Virus record (IMG/VR): IMGVR_UViG_3300025098_000012
Coordinates: 1-64,000 of that record
Length of the DNA stretch: 64,000 nucleotides
Direction: 5' to 3' (one strand)
Part shown: positions 36,820 to 45,449 of the stretch, piece by piece
Layout of the letters: every line of letters starts with the position of its first letter
Position numbering within the stretch: position 1 is the first letter of the stretch
Notes under the pieces: model-generated
What the model saw: only the letters and a program-made list of their open reading frames with translations
Databases searched by the model: none
Told to the model about the DNA's origin: nothing
Position numbers and translations under genes: made by a program

Positions 36820-37152
36820 ATGGGACTAGATCAATATGCGTTGACTCGCAAAAAAAACGAAAAGGACACCCAAATCATGCAGTGGCGTAAACACGCTAAT
36901 CTTGAAGGGTGGATGAGCGACCTATACTATGAAAAGGGAGGTGATGCCGAAGTGTTTAACTGTGTTGAGCTTTCCCTAGACAAAGATGACTTGTTAAGAC
37001 TCTTGGCAGAGTATCAAAGTCTACAAACAGCAACAGGCTCGTTTTGGGGTGTGAGCAATAGCCACGATCTTGAGCAGACTAAGGTATTCATCGAGTCGGC
37101 TATAAAGGCTATAGATGATGGTTATGAGGTCATATACGCATCGTGGTGGTAG
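36820..37152 (+). CDS. Conserved phage hypothetical protein (MGLD...WRK family)
   Basis: MGLDQYA, QWRKHANLEGWM, FNC, YASWW pattern. Confidence 0.75.
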   Translation: MGLDQYALTRKKNEKDTQIMQWRKHANLEGWMSDLYYEKGGDAEVFNCVELSLDKDDLLRLLAEYQSLQTATGSFWGVSNSHDLEQTKVFIESAIKAIDDGYEVIYASWW

Positions 37153-37177
37153 TCTCGTCTAAAGCACTTAACCTTGA

Positions 37178-37525
37178 TTAAGATTTCCACCAATCATCGA
37201 ACGCACCCCATTCGATCATCTCATATAGATCAGTAGGGATCGACCCGACACAATCATGGTGAAACCACTCACCATTTTGCCTTATACGCCACCTTTTAAG
37301 GTCTTCATGTAGGTGTGGTTCTCTCCACCCTAAACCTTCAAAAGAGGCTATAAGACGAAGCGTATTTGAGTTTCCTGTTTGAAGTTGCTTGAGTCTCTTC
37401 TTTGGGTGCTTAGAGCGACCTATCTTAATCATCCCTGTTTTGCTTTACTGGATGAAGTACAGATAGTCGCCCTGCTTTCGTTGCTTCTGCTCACGATTTC
37501 TATTTAACATTTCTTCTAAAGTCAT
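37178..37525 (-). pseudogene. T5orf172/GIY-YIG-like nuclease with in-frame TAA at codon 27
   Basis: From ATG 37525 (SD AAGGAG): MTLEEMLNRNREQKQRKQGDYLYFIQ*SKTGMIKIGRSKHPKKRLKQLQTGNS; stop at 37445-37447 falls inside the conserved first motif. Confidence 0.75.
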
Positions 37526-37573
37526 ATTTTACTCCTTACTTACATTATATGAGATTAGAAGAATGGAGTCTGT

Positions 37574-38749
37574 TCAGAAAAAATACTCATTATCATTCCA
37601 TTTAGGTTCGGGTGTTAAACCCTTACTCCAAATGAAGATCGGCTCACAAGTTGGTTGGTCTGTTTTCTGACCACCTCGCTCGGACATACGATAGCCAACC
37701 ACACCCTCATAGGTCGCTCCTAAGTTCTTCATGTGGTCAAGCATTGGTGTGCAGATGTCCTCTCCTTTTTTATCTGCAATGTTGATTGCTATCCGACCAC
37801 CTTCTTTGAGTACAGACCAACATTTAGTGAGGGTAGCGAGTAAGAAATCATTCACCCAATCATTAAGGTTTGGATAACGCTTCCACGATTGAGTCTCCTC
37901 CTCACTATATCTCTCGATGTCGAAGTAAGGAGGACTCGTGAAAACGAAGTCTACACTTATGTCAGATAAATCAGCATCCTCAGCAGGGGAACAGATAAAC
38001 CTAGTCGTTTTGCCTGTATCACAGAGGCTGACGATTTGCTTGTATGGCTCATGGAGCTGAGTATTAGGATCTATACCTATGTACGACTCAGCGTTCGAGG
38101 CGAGGAAGCCTACAAGCCTATCACCCCAACCAGCCGAGAAATCTAAGACGCTTTTGGGTTGGAACAGGTCATAGAGAGCTTTAGCCGACTCAGCTTTAAA
38201 CTGACTCGCAGTATAGGTGTGCATCTTTAAGGCTCTTCTGAGGGTTTGCTTATTGACTCCACCTCTCTCATAGATGTCTCTTTCACAAATGCCGAAGAAG
38301 CATCTTAGGAACGAGTTGCTTCTACTCGCATTGACCCACTCATCATAGGGTGAGTTTCCTTGTTTACGATAGCTACATTTCATTCTCTGTTCTTGGGTGA
38401 ACAGATTGGAAACAGTTTTCCCTCTATAGTAGTTATCAAGGTAGACTGACTTGCCTAGATAACTTGTGTCTAAGGGTTTAGCTTGACGAGGAGCGACCCA
38501 CCCTTCAAAGCAGAATGGATCTTTCCTTGCTTTGAGGGATTTAAAATCCTCGATTGCCATCTCTCTTGTGTACTCGAAGTACGGATAGGGCAAAGACTCA
38601 ATAATGGGTGCTAGATGGTCTTTGATCTGTTCCTTACTATATGTCTCACGAAGCATACTCCATTCGTTAGGGAGTATGTGAAGATACCCATCTTTAATGT
38701 ACTCGATGTCATCTAGCGAATTAAGATTGGTCTTATATTCAAAGTACAT
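37574..38749 (-). CDS. SAM-dependent amino (N4-C/N6-A) DNA methyltransferase, paralogue 3
   Basis: Motif I VLDFSAGWGDRL and motif IV FTSPPYF. Confidence 0.88.
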   Translation of the reverse strand: MYFEYKTNLNSLDDIEYIKDGYLHILPNEWSMLRETYSKEQIKDHLAPIIESLPYPYFEYTREMAIEDFKSLKARKDPFCFEGWVAPRQAKPLDTSYLGKSVYLDNYYRGKTVSNLFTQEQRMKCSYRKQGNSPYDEWVNASRSNSFLRCFFGICERDIYERGGVNKQTLRRALKMHTYTASQFKAESAKALYDLFQPKSVLDFSAGWGDRLVGFLASNAESYIGIDPNTQLHEPYKQIVSLCDTGKTTRFICSPAEDADLSDISVDFVFTSPPYFDIERYSEEETQSWKRYPNLNDWVNDFLLATLTKCWSVLKEGGRIAINIADKKGEDICTPMLDHMKNLGATYEGVVGYRMSERGGQKTDQPTCEPIFIWSKGLTPEPKWNDNEYFF

Positions 38750-39610
38750 TTAAGCACCTAAGTTCCAGAATAGGGTTTTCCCTTTTAACTTGTAAGGGTT
38801 TTCAGTGATCCACTCCCACGCTTTTTTATCCCAAAGTTTATTGCAAGGGAAAGGGGTTGTGAAGTGATCCATCTCATCGTAGAAATCAAACTCTGACTTA
38901 TAAATCTTGAGGCAAGATGGAACGCTACCAAGATTAGAGATCAGAGCATTTTGTATTGTCTTAACGCTAGAAGTAGCAACGATTACAATCTTCTTGCCTT
39001 CAAAGTCTGGCTCAAACATCGCTCCTGCAATGTAATCAACACCTAAGAAACCTTTAATCAGCCCAACACTTGTGATCCCACTTCCGCCTTGAATGACTAG
39101 GGTGTTGTACTCATTTTGAGAAAAGAACTCTTTAGAACGCTCTGTCCAATAGTTGATATAGACAGGGTGGTTGAACGCATCTGGACTCATTTGCCAATTA
39201 TTTTTTCTAGCCATCTTCTTTGTCTGAGAAGACAAGATAGCTACCATGTTGTGTCTTAAGGGGATCAGCTCTCCACCGTACAGCTCGATCTTCTTAAGAA
39301 TTTCTTGAGAGTACGCTTTTGTGTTTGGGTAAGCTATTTTGATGTCATAACCTAGCTCTTTGCCCCAATAGGCTAACGCCCAGCCTGTATATGATCCTCT
39401 AACTGTGAGATGTACGATGGGCTTATCTTTTGTGAAATAGTCTGAGGAGAGAAGTCTCCTTATGCCTTCAAGTTTAGCCCAAGGGGGGAGGTCGAGAGTT
39501 CCGTTGAGCAGATCATCTCTTTTGACATCGACATTTTTGTGTTTGACTTTGTAAGTTTCAATCGGTGTATTAAAATTTAGCACTAAACATTGCCTTTTCT
39601 TCAAACTCAA
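38750..39610 (-). CDS. Fold-type II PLP-dependent enzyme (ACC deaminase/D-Cys desulfhydrase/Cys synthase-like)
   Basis: TPIE...VKRDD...PPWAK (candidate PLP lysine), GSYTGWALAY, LVIQGGSGITSVGL, YD.KAW-like WDKKAWEW, LFWNLG. Start may be GTG ~39583. Confidence 0.82.
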   Translation of the reverse strand: MSLKKRQCLVLNFNTPIETYKVKHKNVDVKRDDLLNGTLDLPPWAKLEGIRRLLSSDYFTKDKPIVHLTVRGSYTGWALAYWGKELGYDIKIAYPNTKAYSQEILKKIELYGGELIPLRHNMVAILSSQTKKMARKNNWQMSPDAFNHPVYINYWTERSKEFFSQNEYNTLVIQGGSGITSVGLIKGFLGVDYIAGAMFEPDFEGKKIVIVATSSVKTIQNALISNLGSVPSCLKIYKSEFDFYDEMDHFTTPFPCNKLWDKKAWEWITENPYKLKGKTLFWNLGA

Positions 39611-40481
39611 TGTCCTTGAGTATTTGGTTATATATTGCTCTTGTGTCTTTATATGAAGTGCCTTTTAACAGCACTCTTCTATGTAAACCTTTTAGACCAC
39701 CGTCAGTGCCTGTAGTATGGAAGTTTGATCTGTTCGTATTGTGTTTATCAAAGTATTCTTTATGTGTATGCTGAGTAATGAACCATTTAGGTTGGATCTT
39801 ATTATTTGCAGGATTAATGAGTAGCTGATCCCATAGTAAAGTCTTACATAAAGATTCTATTTGAGGTGTGCGAAAAGGACACAACACTTCAACCCCTGTT
39901 TTTTTTAAAAATTGTCTTATCACCCACAAGTTGTGTGGGCTACCAGAGAGGTACTTTTCCTCTAACTGTTTCTCTACTAAGTTTTTAAAATAGTTATCGA
40001 GGGAAGCCCTAGACCCACCTTTTTTGTATGCACCCCAAAGGCTGTTGATTTTAGCTCCTGTATGAGCAAACATCGTAGTGTAAAAGCCTGTTACTAGATA
40101 AGGTGTAGTTATCAACTGTCTCATGTAAGTATAAGCATGACAAACCTGTGTCTCTATATTCCTCGTTGTGCGTGTAATCTTAATGACTTCTTTAACTTCC
40201 CTTAACAGGTCATCACGAATGGGATTTGAGGGTATCACTGCAACTTTCAAAGGTAGGTCATAATGCTTTGCTATTTGTCGAGCATACTCAAGGTCTTTGG
40301 AATACTCACCTTCAATCTCAAAGGTAATCAACTCTTTTGGTGGCCTTCCTAGTTCTATCATTGTGAACAAAAGCATGGAAGAGTCTATCCCACCAGAAAA
40401 CGATAAACTGATTTCATTGGGAAGGTTTTTCACAGAGTCATAGATTGCTTCTTTAAAGTCTTGTACCCATGTGTGTGTCAT
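39570..40481 (-). CDS. Stand-alone asparagine-synthetase-like PP-loop ATP pyrophosphatase (no glutaminase domain)
   Basis: LSFSGGIDSS, DLEYARQIAKHY, LVTG, LCPF; lacks the N-terminal Ntn domain and the QueC Cys cluster. Confidence 0.8.
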   Translation of the reverse strand: MTHTWVQDFKEAIYDSVKNLPNEISLSFSGGIDSSMLLFTMIELGRPPKELITFEIEGEYSKDLEYARQIAKHYDLPLKVAVIPSNPIRDDLLREVKEVIKITRTTRNIETQVCHAYTYMRQLITTPYLVTGFYTTMFAHTGAKINSLWGAYKKGGSRASLDNYFKNLVEKQLEEKYLSGSPHNLWVIRQFLKKTGVEVLCPFRTPQIESLCKTLLWDQLLINPANNKIQPKWFITQHTHKEYFDKHNTNRSNFHTTGTDGGLKGLHRRVLLKGTSYKDTRAIYNQILKDIEFEEKAMFSAKF

Positions 40482-41160
40482 ATCTTCTCATCAACTCTCT
40501 TGAGTTTTTTAACTCATTGTTTTGAGTTCTTACATGACAAGAATGAGCAAACGAGGTTACGAGTCCGAAATCTAAACAGCCACTCTCTTTACAGAGAAAA
40601 TCACAGAGATCAACGAGTGCCATATAGTCTGCGTATCCAGACTTAGATACAGCTTGGCTTCTAAAGTTAGCTGTTAAGTTAAGTTTCCCACCTCTAGGTT
40701 TCAAGTCGATTGTCAGTAAGCAAGGCAAACCGCCCATTACTTTTTTACCATCCGATTGAGGATCATACACACCAATAACGATTGTTTTAGCTTGCTTGTT
40801 CTCTCTTAGTCTCTTGATCGCCTGCTCGATTTGATTAAATCCACCGTTCCAAGAAATCATGCGACCCCAATAACTATTTGTCCATTTCCCCTCTTTGTTC
40901 TGTTTATACTCCAACATTTGTGGGAACAACATATTCGGTTCTGGCTTCACAAATGTAACAGACTTAGCGTAGTCGATACGCTCATCTCCAAAGATGCCTC
41001 TGAACTCCCGATCAAATACAGGACAAACATCGGATGATTTGATCTCGATACCCATGTTCAAGATCTCATAAAGACCACCCATATTCATGCCTTTGTCAAG
41101 AATGTCTTGAGTCGCTTTGACCCATGCTTCTGCACAGTTATTTGCTGTTATATGGTACAT
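40453..41160 (-). CDS. Thymidylate-synthase-fold pyrimidine-modifying enzyme, dCMP-hydroxymethylase-like (divergent)
   Basis: NQIEQAIKRL, catalytic LPC, KLNLTANFRSQAVSKSGYADY (Asp at the TS Asn177 position), AHSCH. Confidence 0.82.
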   Translation of the reverse strand: MYHITANNCAEAWVKATQDILDKGMNMGGLYEILNMGIEIKSSDVCPVFDREFRGIFGDERIDYAKSVTFVKPEPNMLFPQMLEYKQNKEGKWTNSYWGRMISWNGGFNQIEQAIKRLRENKQAKTIVIGVYDPQSDGKKVMGGLPCLLTIDLKPRGGKLNLTANFRSQAVSKSGYADYMALVDLCDFLCKESGCLDFGLVTSFAHSCHVRTQNNELKNSRELMRRYDTHMGTRL

Positions 41161-41163
41161 ATC

Positions 41164-42369
41164 TTATACTCCAAAGTAGCTATCTTGAGTCCACTTAGGT
41201 TCGGGGGCTGAACCCTTACTCCAAATGAAAATCGGCTCACAGAATACATCCATCTTGGATAGCTCATCATTTAATGAGTGATGGTTTCCTGGTCTCTTTG
41301 CCATACGATAACCAATCACTCCCTCATAGTTTGCCCCTAATGAATTCATATACTCGATCATGGGCTGACACACTCGGATGTTTCCTCTTACTTTATCGGA
41401 GATGTTTACGCATATCCTCCCTCCCTCTTCTAAGCAATCCCAACATTGCTTGAGGGTTGGGTAAAGAAACCCATTCAGCCAATCGTCAGTCTCTGGATAA
41501 CGCTTCCATGATTGAGTCTCTTCTTGACTATATTTCTCGGTGTCGAAATAAGGTGGACTCGTGAAAACGAAGTCTACTTTAACATCGGACAGGTCAGCAT
41601 CTTCGGCAGGTGAACAGATGAACCTAGTGGTCTTACTCGTAGAACAATAATCAGCGATCTTCTGATAAGGTTCATGTAACTTTGTGTTAGGGTCGAGTCC
41701 TACATAGGACTCGGCATCAGAAGCGAGGAATCCAACTAATCTATCGCCCCATCCCATAGAGAAATCCAATACTCTTTTAGCTCCGAAGAAGTTATACATA
41801 GCCTTAGCTAAAGTAGGTTTGAACTGTGCAGGGATATAACCAGACATACCGATAGCGTTTACAAGTATCTTGCTGTTCACACCTTTTGACGGATCATACA
41901 ATGTCCATAAAGGTCTAAGGAACGCTCTCTTTTTGGACTTGAGGTTAGTTCGTGTCCATTGTCTCATTGCACTTGGGAACTGCTTATGGTCTACCTCTAA
42001 ACGCATAGGTTCACTATATTGATTAGAGACTTTGAGTCCTTTGTTATTAGGTGCGAAGTAAAGATACTTACCTTTGTAAGTATGGTCTTCGTCTAACTGA
42101 CATCGAGGCAATCCCCAAGCACCCGATTGAGGGATCATGTAATCGGACTGAACCTCCAACCAATCTTTCTTGATCTCTTGTGGTGTGTACTTAGTGAGGG
42201 GGTAAGGTAAATCTTCAATCTTTGCAGACAGATAATCAGTGATCTCATCTCTGCTAAAGCTATCTACCATTTCTAACCACTGATGGGGTGGGATAAAGAT
42301 TTCATCCCCTTTCAAAACCTCATACTCTTCTAGGTTATCTTTTTTGGTTTTTTCATAGTCAAAGAACAT
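41164..42369 (-). CDS. Amino DNA methyltransferase, paralogue 2
   Basis: VLDFSMGWGDRL; FTSPPYF; highly similar to 42403-43608. Confidence 0.88.
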   Translation of the reverse strand: MFFDYEKTKKDNLEEYEVLKGDEIFIPPHQWLEMVDSFSRDEITDYLSAKIEDLPYPLTKYTPQEIKKDWLEVQSDYMIPQSGAWGLPRCQLDEDHTYKGKYLYFAPNNKGLKVSNQYSEPMRLEVDHKQFPSAMRQWTRTNLKSKKRAFLRPLWTLYDPSKGVNSKILVNAIGMSGYIPAQFKPTLAKAMYNFFGAKRVLDFSMGWGDRLVGFLASDAESYVGLDPNTKLHEPYQKIADYCSTSKTTRFICSPAEDADLSDVKVDFVFTSPPYFDTEKYSQEETQSWKRYPETDDWLNGFLYPTLKQCWDCLEEGGRICVNISDKVRGNIRVCQPMIEYMNSLGANYEGVIGYRMAKRPGNHHSLNDELSKMDVFCEPIFIWSKGSAPEPKWTQDSYFGV

Positions 42370-42402
42370 ACTTAAATCCTTTCAAGATACTTACTTATAA
42401 GA
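42370..42402. repeat. Duplicated intergenic spacer/RBS (second copy 43609-43637)
   Basis: Sense strand TCTTATAAGT...TCTTGAAAGGATTTAAGT precedes both 401-aa MTases. Confidence 0.85.
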
Positions 42403-43608
42403 TTATATCTTAAAGTAAGTATCTTGAGTCCATTTAGGTTCGGGAGCTGAACCCTTACTCCAAATGAAAATCGGTTCGCAAAACACATTTACCTTAGACA
42501 GATCCTCGTTCAATGAGTGATGGTTTCCTGGTCTCTTCGACATCCTATAACCAATCACTCCCTCGTAAGTAGCACCTAATGACTCCATGTATTCAATCAT
42601 GGGTTGGCATACTCGTATATCACCATAAACCTTGTCTGATATATTGACGCAGATCCGTCCTCCGTCTTCTAATACCTCCCAACATTTTTTAAGAGTCGGG
42701 TAAAGAAATCCATTGAGCCAGTCATCTGTTTTGGGGTATCTCTTCCAACTCTGAGTATCTTCTTGGCTATACTTCTCGGTATCAAAGTAAGGAGGGCTTG
42801 TGAAGATAAAGTCTACTTTAACATCAGTTAGGTCTGCATCCTCAGCTGGAGAACAAATGAACTTAGTTTCTTTGTTTGCATTACAGTACGAATCTATTTG
42901 TCCATAAGGTTCATGGAGCTTAGTGTTAGGGTCGAGTCCTACATAGGACTCAGCGTCAGAAGCCAGAAACCCTACGAGCCTATCGCCCCACCCCATTGAG
43001 AAATCTAAGACCTTCTTTGCACCGAAGAAGTTATACATAGCTTTAGCTAGTGTTGGTTTGAACTGTGCAGGTATGTAATAAGCCATATTTATAGCGTTAA
43101 AGAGCATTTTCCTATTAACCCCTTTAGACCTGTCGTATAGGGTGAAAAAGGGTCTAAGGAAGTATCTCTTATCGCCTTTCATCCCTATACGAGTCCATTG
43201 AGTCATAGCACATTTGTACTCTCGATGATCTACTAATACTCTTGCGAACTCGGTGAACTGATTAGAGACTTTGAGTCCTTTGTTATTAGGTGCAAAGTAA
43301 AGATGCCTACCTTTATAAGTATGGTCACCATCTAACTGACATCGAGGCAATCCCCACTCTCCTGTGATTAGAGGCATATAGTCCGACTGAGTATCTAGCC
43401 AATCACGATGCACTTCTTGAGGAGTATATTTAGTATATGGGAATGGCAGTCCTTCAATCTTGCTTGATAGGTAAGTGATGATCTCATCACGAGTAAACTT
43501 ATCAAGCATCTCTGACCACTGATGAGGGGGTATGAAGATCTCTTGTCCTCTTACGACATCATATTCCTCTATGTCTTCTTTGGGTTTCTTTTCATAATCA
43601 AAAAACAT
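42403..43608 (-). CDS. Amino DNA methyltransferase, paralogue 1
   Basis: VLDFSMGWGDRL; FTSPPYF. Confidence 0.88.
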   Translation of the reverse strand: MFFDYEKKPKEDIEEYDVVRGQEIFIPPHQWSEMLDKFTRDEIITYLSSKIEGLPFPYTKYTPQEVHRDWLDTQSDYMPLITGEWGLPRCQLDGDHTYKGRHLYFAPNNKGLKVSNQFTEFARVLVDHREYKCAMTQWTRIGMKGDKRYFLRPFFTLYDRSKGVNRKMLFNAINMAYYIPAQFKPTLAKAMYNFFGAKKVLDFSMGWGDRLVGFLASDAESYVGLDPNTKLHEPYGQIDSYCNANKETKFICSPAEDADLTDVKVDFIFTSPPYFDTEKYSQEDTQSWKRYPKTDDWLNGFLYPTLKKCWEVLEDGGRICVNISDKVYGDIRVCQPMIEYMESLGATYEGVIGYRMSKRPGNHHSLNEDLSKVNVFCEPIFIWSKGSAPEPKWTQDTYFKI

Positions 43609-43637
43609 ACTTAAATCCTTTCAAGACACTTATAAGA

Positions 43638-43923
43638 TTATACTCCAAAGTAAGTATCTTGAGTCCATTTAGGTTCGGATGGGTTAGAACCTTTATACCA
43701 AACAAAGATCGGTTCGCAAAACACGCACCCTCCAACAACCCCTTGATTTTCCTGGTCTCTTTTTCGTCCTGTATCCGATAACTCCCTCATATGATTTCTT
43801 TCCTTGTGTATTGATCTAGGATAGAATCCCACAGGTCAGACGGTATTGAGAACTCGTTGTTCTCATTTAATAGCTTTATCTCCTTGAGGGGTGGGAGTTT
43901 AGGCTTTTCGATTTCAAAAACAT
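43638..43923 (-). pseudogene. Internally deleted, frameshifted relic of a fourth methyltransferase paralogue
   Basis: N-terminal piece (MF-fs-EIEKPK...IPSDLWDSILDQYTRKEII) abuts C-terminal pieces (YEGVIGYRTKKRPG; VFCEPIFVWYKG...EPKWTQDTYFGV), each in a different frame; about 0.9 kb including both catalytic motifs is missing. Confidence 0.85.
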
Positions 43924-45449
43924 TACAGATCCATCAGAGCATCTAAAGGATCATCAAACACTTCGGTCTTTTTGTTCTTATTCTTGTAGGTGGTGTTCGT
44001 TTGGAACTGCAAAGGCATATTTAGAACACGACCATAGGGCCAGACGATTTGAGCGTCAAACTCCTCAAAAGGTGCTTGATCACGAGACTTGAGGCATTGG
44101 TATTTAACCATGCTGTTCTCACGCTTATCGTCACCATACCAACTTGAGATAACCACATCTGCTGAACGCTCTGCTTCATTGGCATAACTCAAGTGGGTAA
44201 GGTTGTATGACCCACCATTCTTCTCAGCCGACTTAAAACCCTCACGACTGATTTGGAATAGGCAGAGAACAGGAATGCCCTCACCCCGATTGAAGCCAAG
44301 AGCTGTCTTTTTAAGATCACGAATGACCTCATTAAGACGATCTGTAGTTGAGGCTACCCATTTACGAGGTGAAACGAGTAAGGCATGGTCTACAACCATC
44401 ATCTTGAATGGGGTTTTTTGATAAAGTAGCTCGGAACGAGTACGGATGTTCTCAACAGTAAAATCAAGCACATCTGGATCAGCTACCTCGATATGGATTG
44501 ACCCATAAACCCCATTTTTCATATTGTCATCAAGATCTTTGACAACCTCTTTCATGTATGCAACTTCGTCTACACTTAACAGACCCTTTTTGATCTTATC
44601 GGGATCTATCCCTGCGTCTGTTTGCCCTTGTTGAATACCTAGAGCAATACGCTTCTCTCGGAACTTGGGGTGCATGGAATGATACACATAGATAATGCGT
44701 CTACATTGAGGGTAGTGCATTTCAAGAGAGAAATATAGAGTGCTTGTGCCACCATAAACTGCTTGGTTGTAAACCCAGTTAAGTGATGAAGTAGACTTAA
44801 GGTGTCCTGTAAACGCCGCCATGATGTAAAGCTCTTTACGCTTAAATCCACCAATAGCATTATCAATGATCTGTAATCCTGTCTGTGGTCTTATATCTGT
44901 GGAGGCATTTTTGGTGCGTTCATATTCTTCCCAAAAGTCAGACCCATCACCTAAGATTTCTCCCCCGATACGAGAGCCGAATGTTGGTGTGTTGATCTTA
45001 GCGATCTCATTTAAGAGGAAGTTCCCTGCATCTCTTGACCCCTTAAGGATCTTCTTTTGTCTACCCTCTTTGACTTCTAGTCCTGTACGAGCGATAACCT
45101 TAGCGTCTGCCATAACGGACGCTAGTTGAGTCATGCGTCCTTCCTCTACTCGCCTTTCAATGAGCGATACAAAGTCTCCACGATAAGAGACAGGACGGTT
45201 AGCGATCTGTTGGATACGATCAGCTTCATCAAATGATTGGTTTTCTTCAAAGTGTTCACGAACAGATTGTTGTGATGGTAAATGTCCATGTTTGAGGGTG
45301 AAGTCCTCAACATACTCAAACACATTGATCTCGGCAGGTAGGTCAAAGCGTAAGACCGACTCTTTAAGAGCACAATAGTTTTGGAACATGAGCTTGGGGT
45401 CATCCCCTCTAGGCTCATCTGGAAGTACGCTTCGTAATATATCACTCAT
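43923..45449 (-). CDS. dnaB: DnaB-like replicative helicase
   Basis: Walker A-like AAFTGHLKS, Walker B MMVVDH, FQISREG, EAERSADVV, LKSRD. Confidence 0.9.
   Translation of the reverse strand: MSDILRSVLPDEPRGDDPKLMFQNYCALKESVLRFDLPAEINVFEYVEDFTLKHGHLPSQQSVREHFEENQSFDEADRIQQIANRPVSYRGDFVSLIERRVEEGRMTQLASVMADAKVIARTGLEVKEGRQKKILKGSRDAGNFLLNEIAKINTPTFGSRIGGEILGDGSDFWEEYERTKNASTDIRPQTGLQIIDNAIGGFKRKELYIMAAFTGHLKSTSSLNWVYNQAVYGGTSTLYFSLEMHYPQCRRIIYVYHSMHPKFREKRIALGIQQGQTDAGIDPDKIKKGLLSVDEVAYMKEVVKDLDDNMKNGVYGSIHIEVADPDVLDFTVENIRTRSELLYQKTPFKMMVVDHALLVSPRKWVASTTDRLNEVIRDLKKTALGFNRGEGIPVLCLFQISREGFKSAEKNGGSYNLTHLSYANEAERSADVVISSWYGDDKRENSMVKYQCLKSRDQAPFEEFDAQIVWPYGRVLNMPLQFQTNTTYKNKNKKTEVFDDPLDALMDL

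Noticed and set aside
37445-37447. Stop-codon reassignment (alternative genetic code)
   Set aside because: Very long ORFs are intact under code 11, and TAA, TAG and TGA all end genes; the single in-frame TAA is isolated.
39570-40481. QueC / 7-deazaguanine modification pathway
   Set aside because: SGGxDS is shared, but the QueC C-terminal Cys cluster is absent and I recognise no FolE, QueD, QueE or DpdA in the window.
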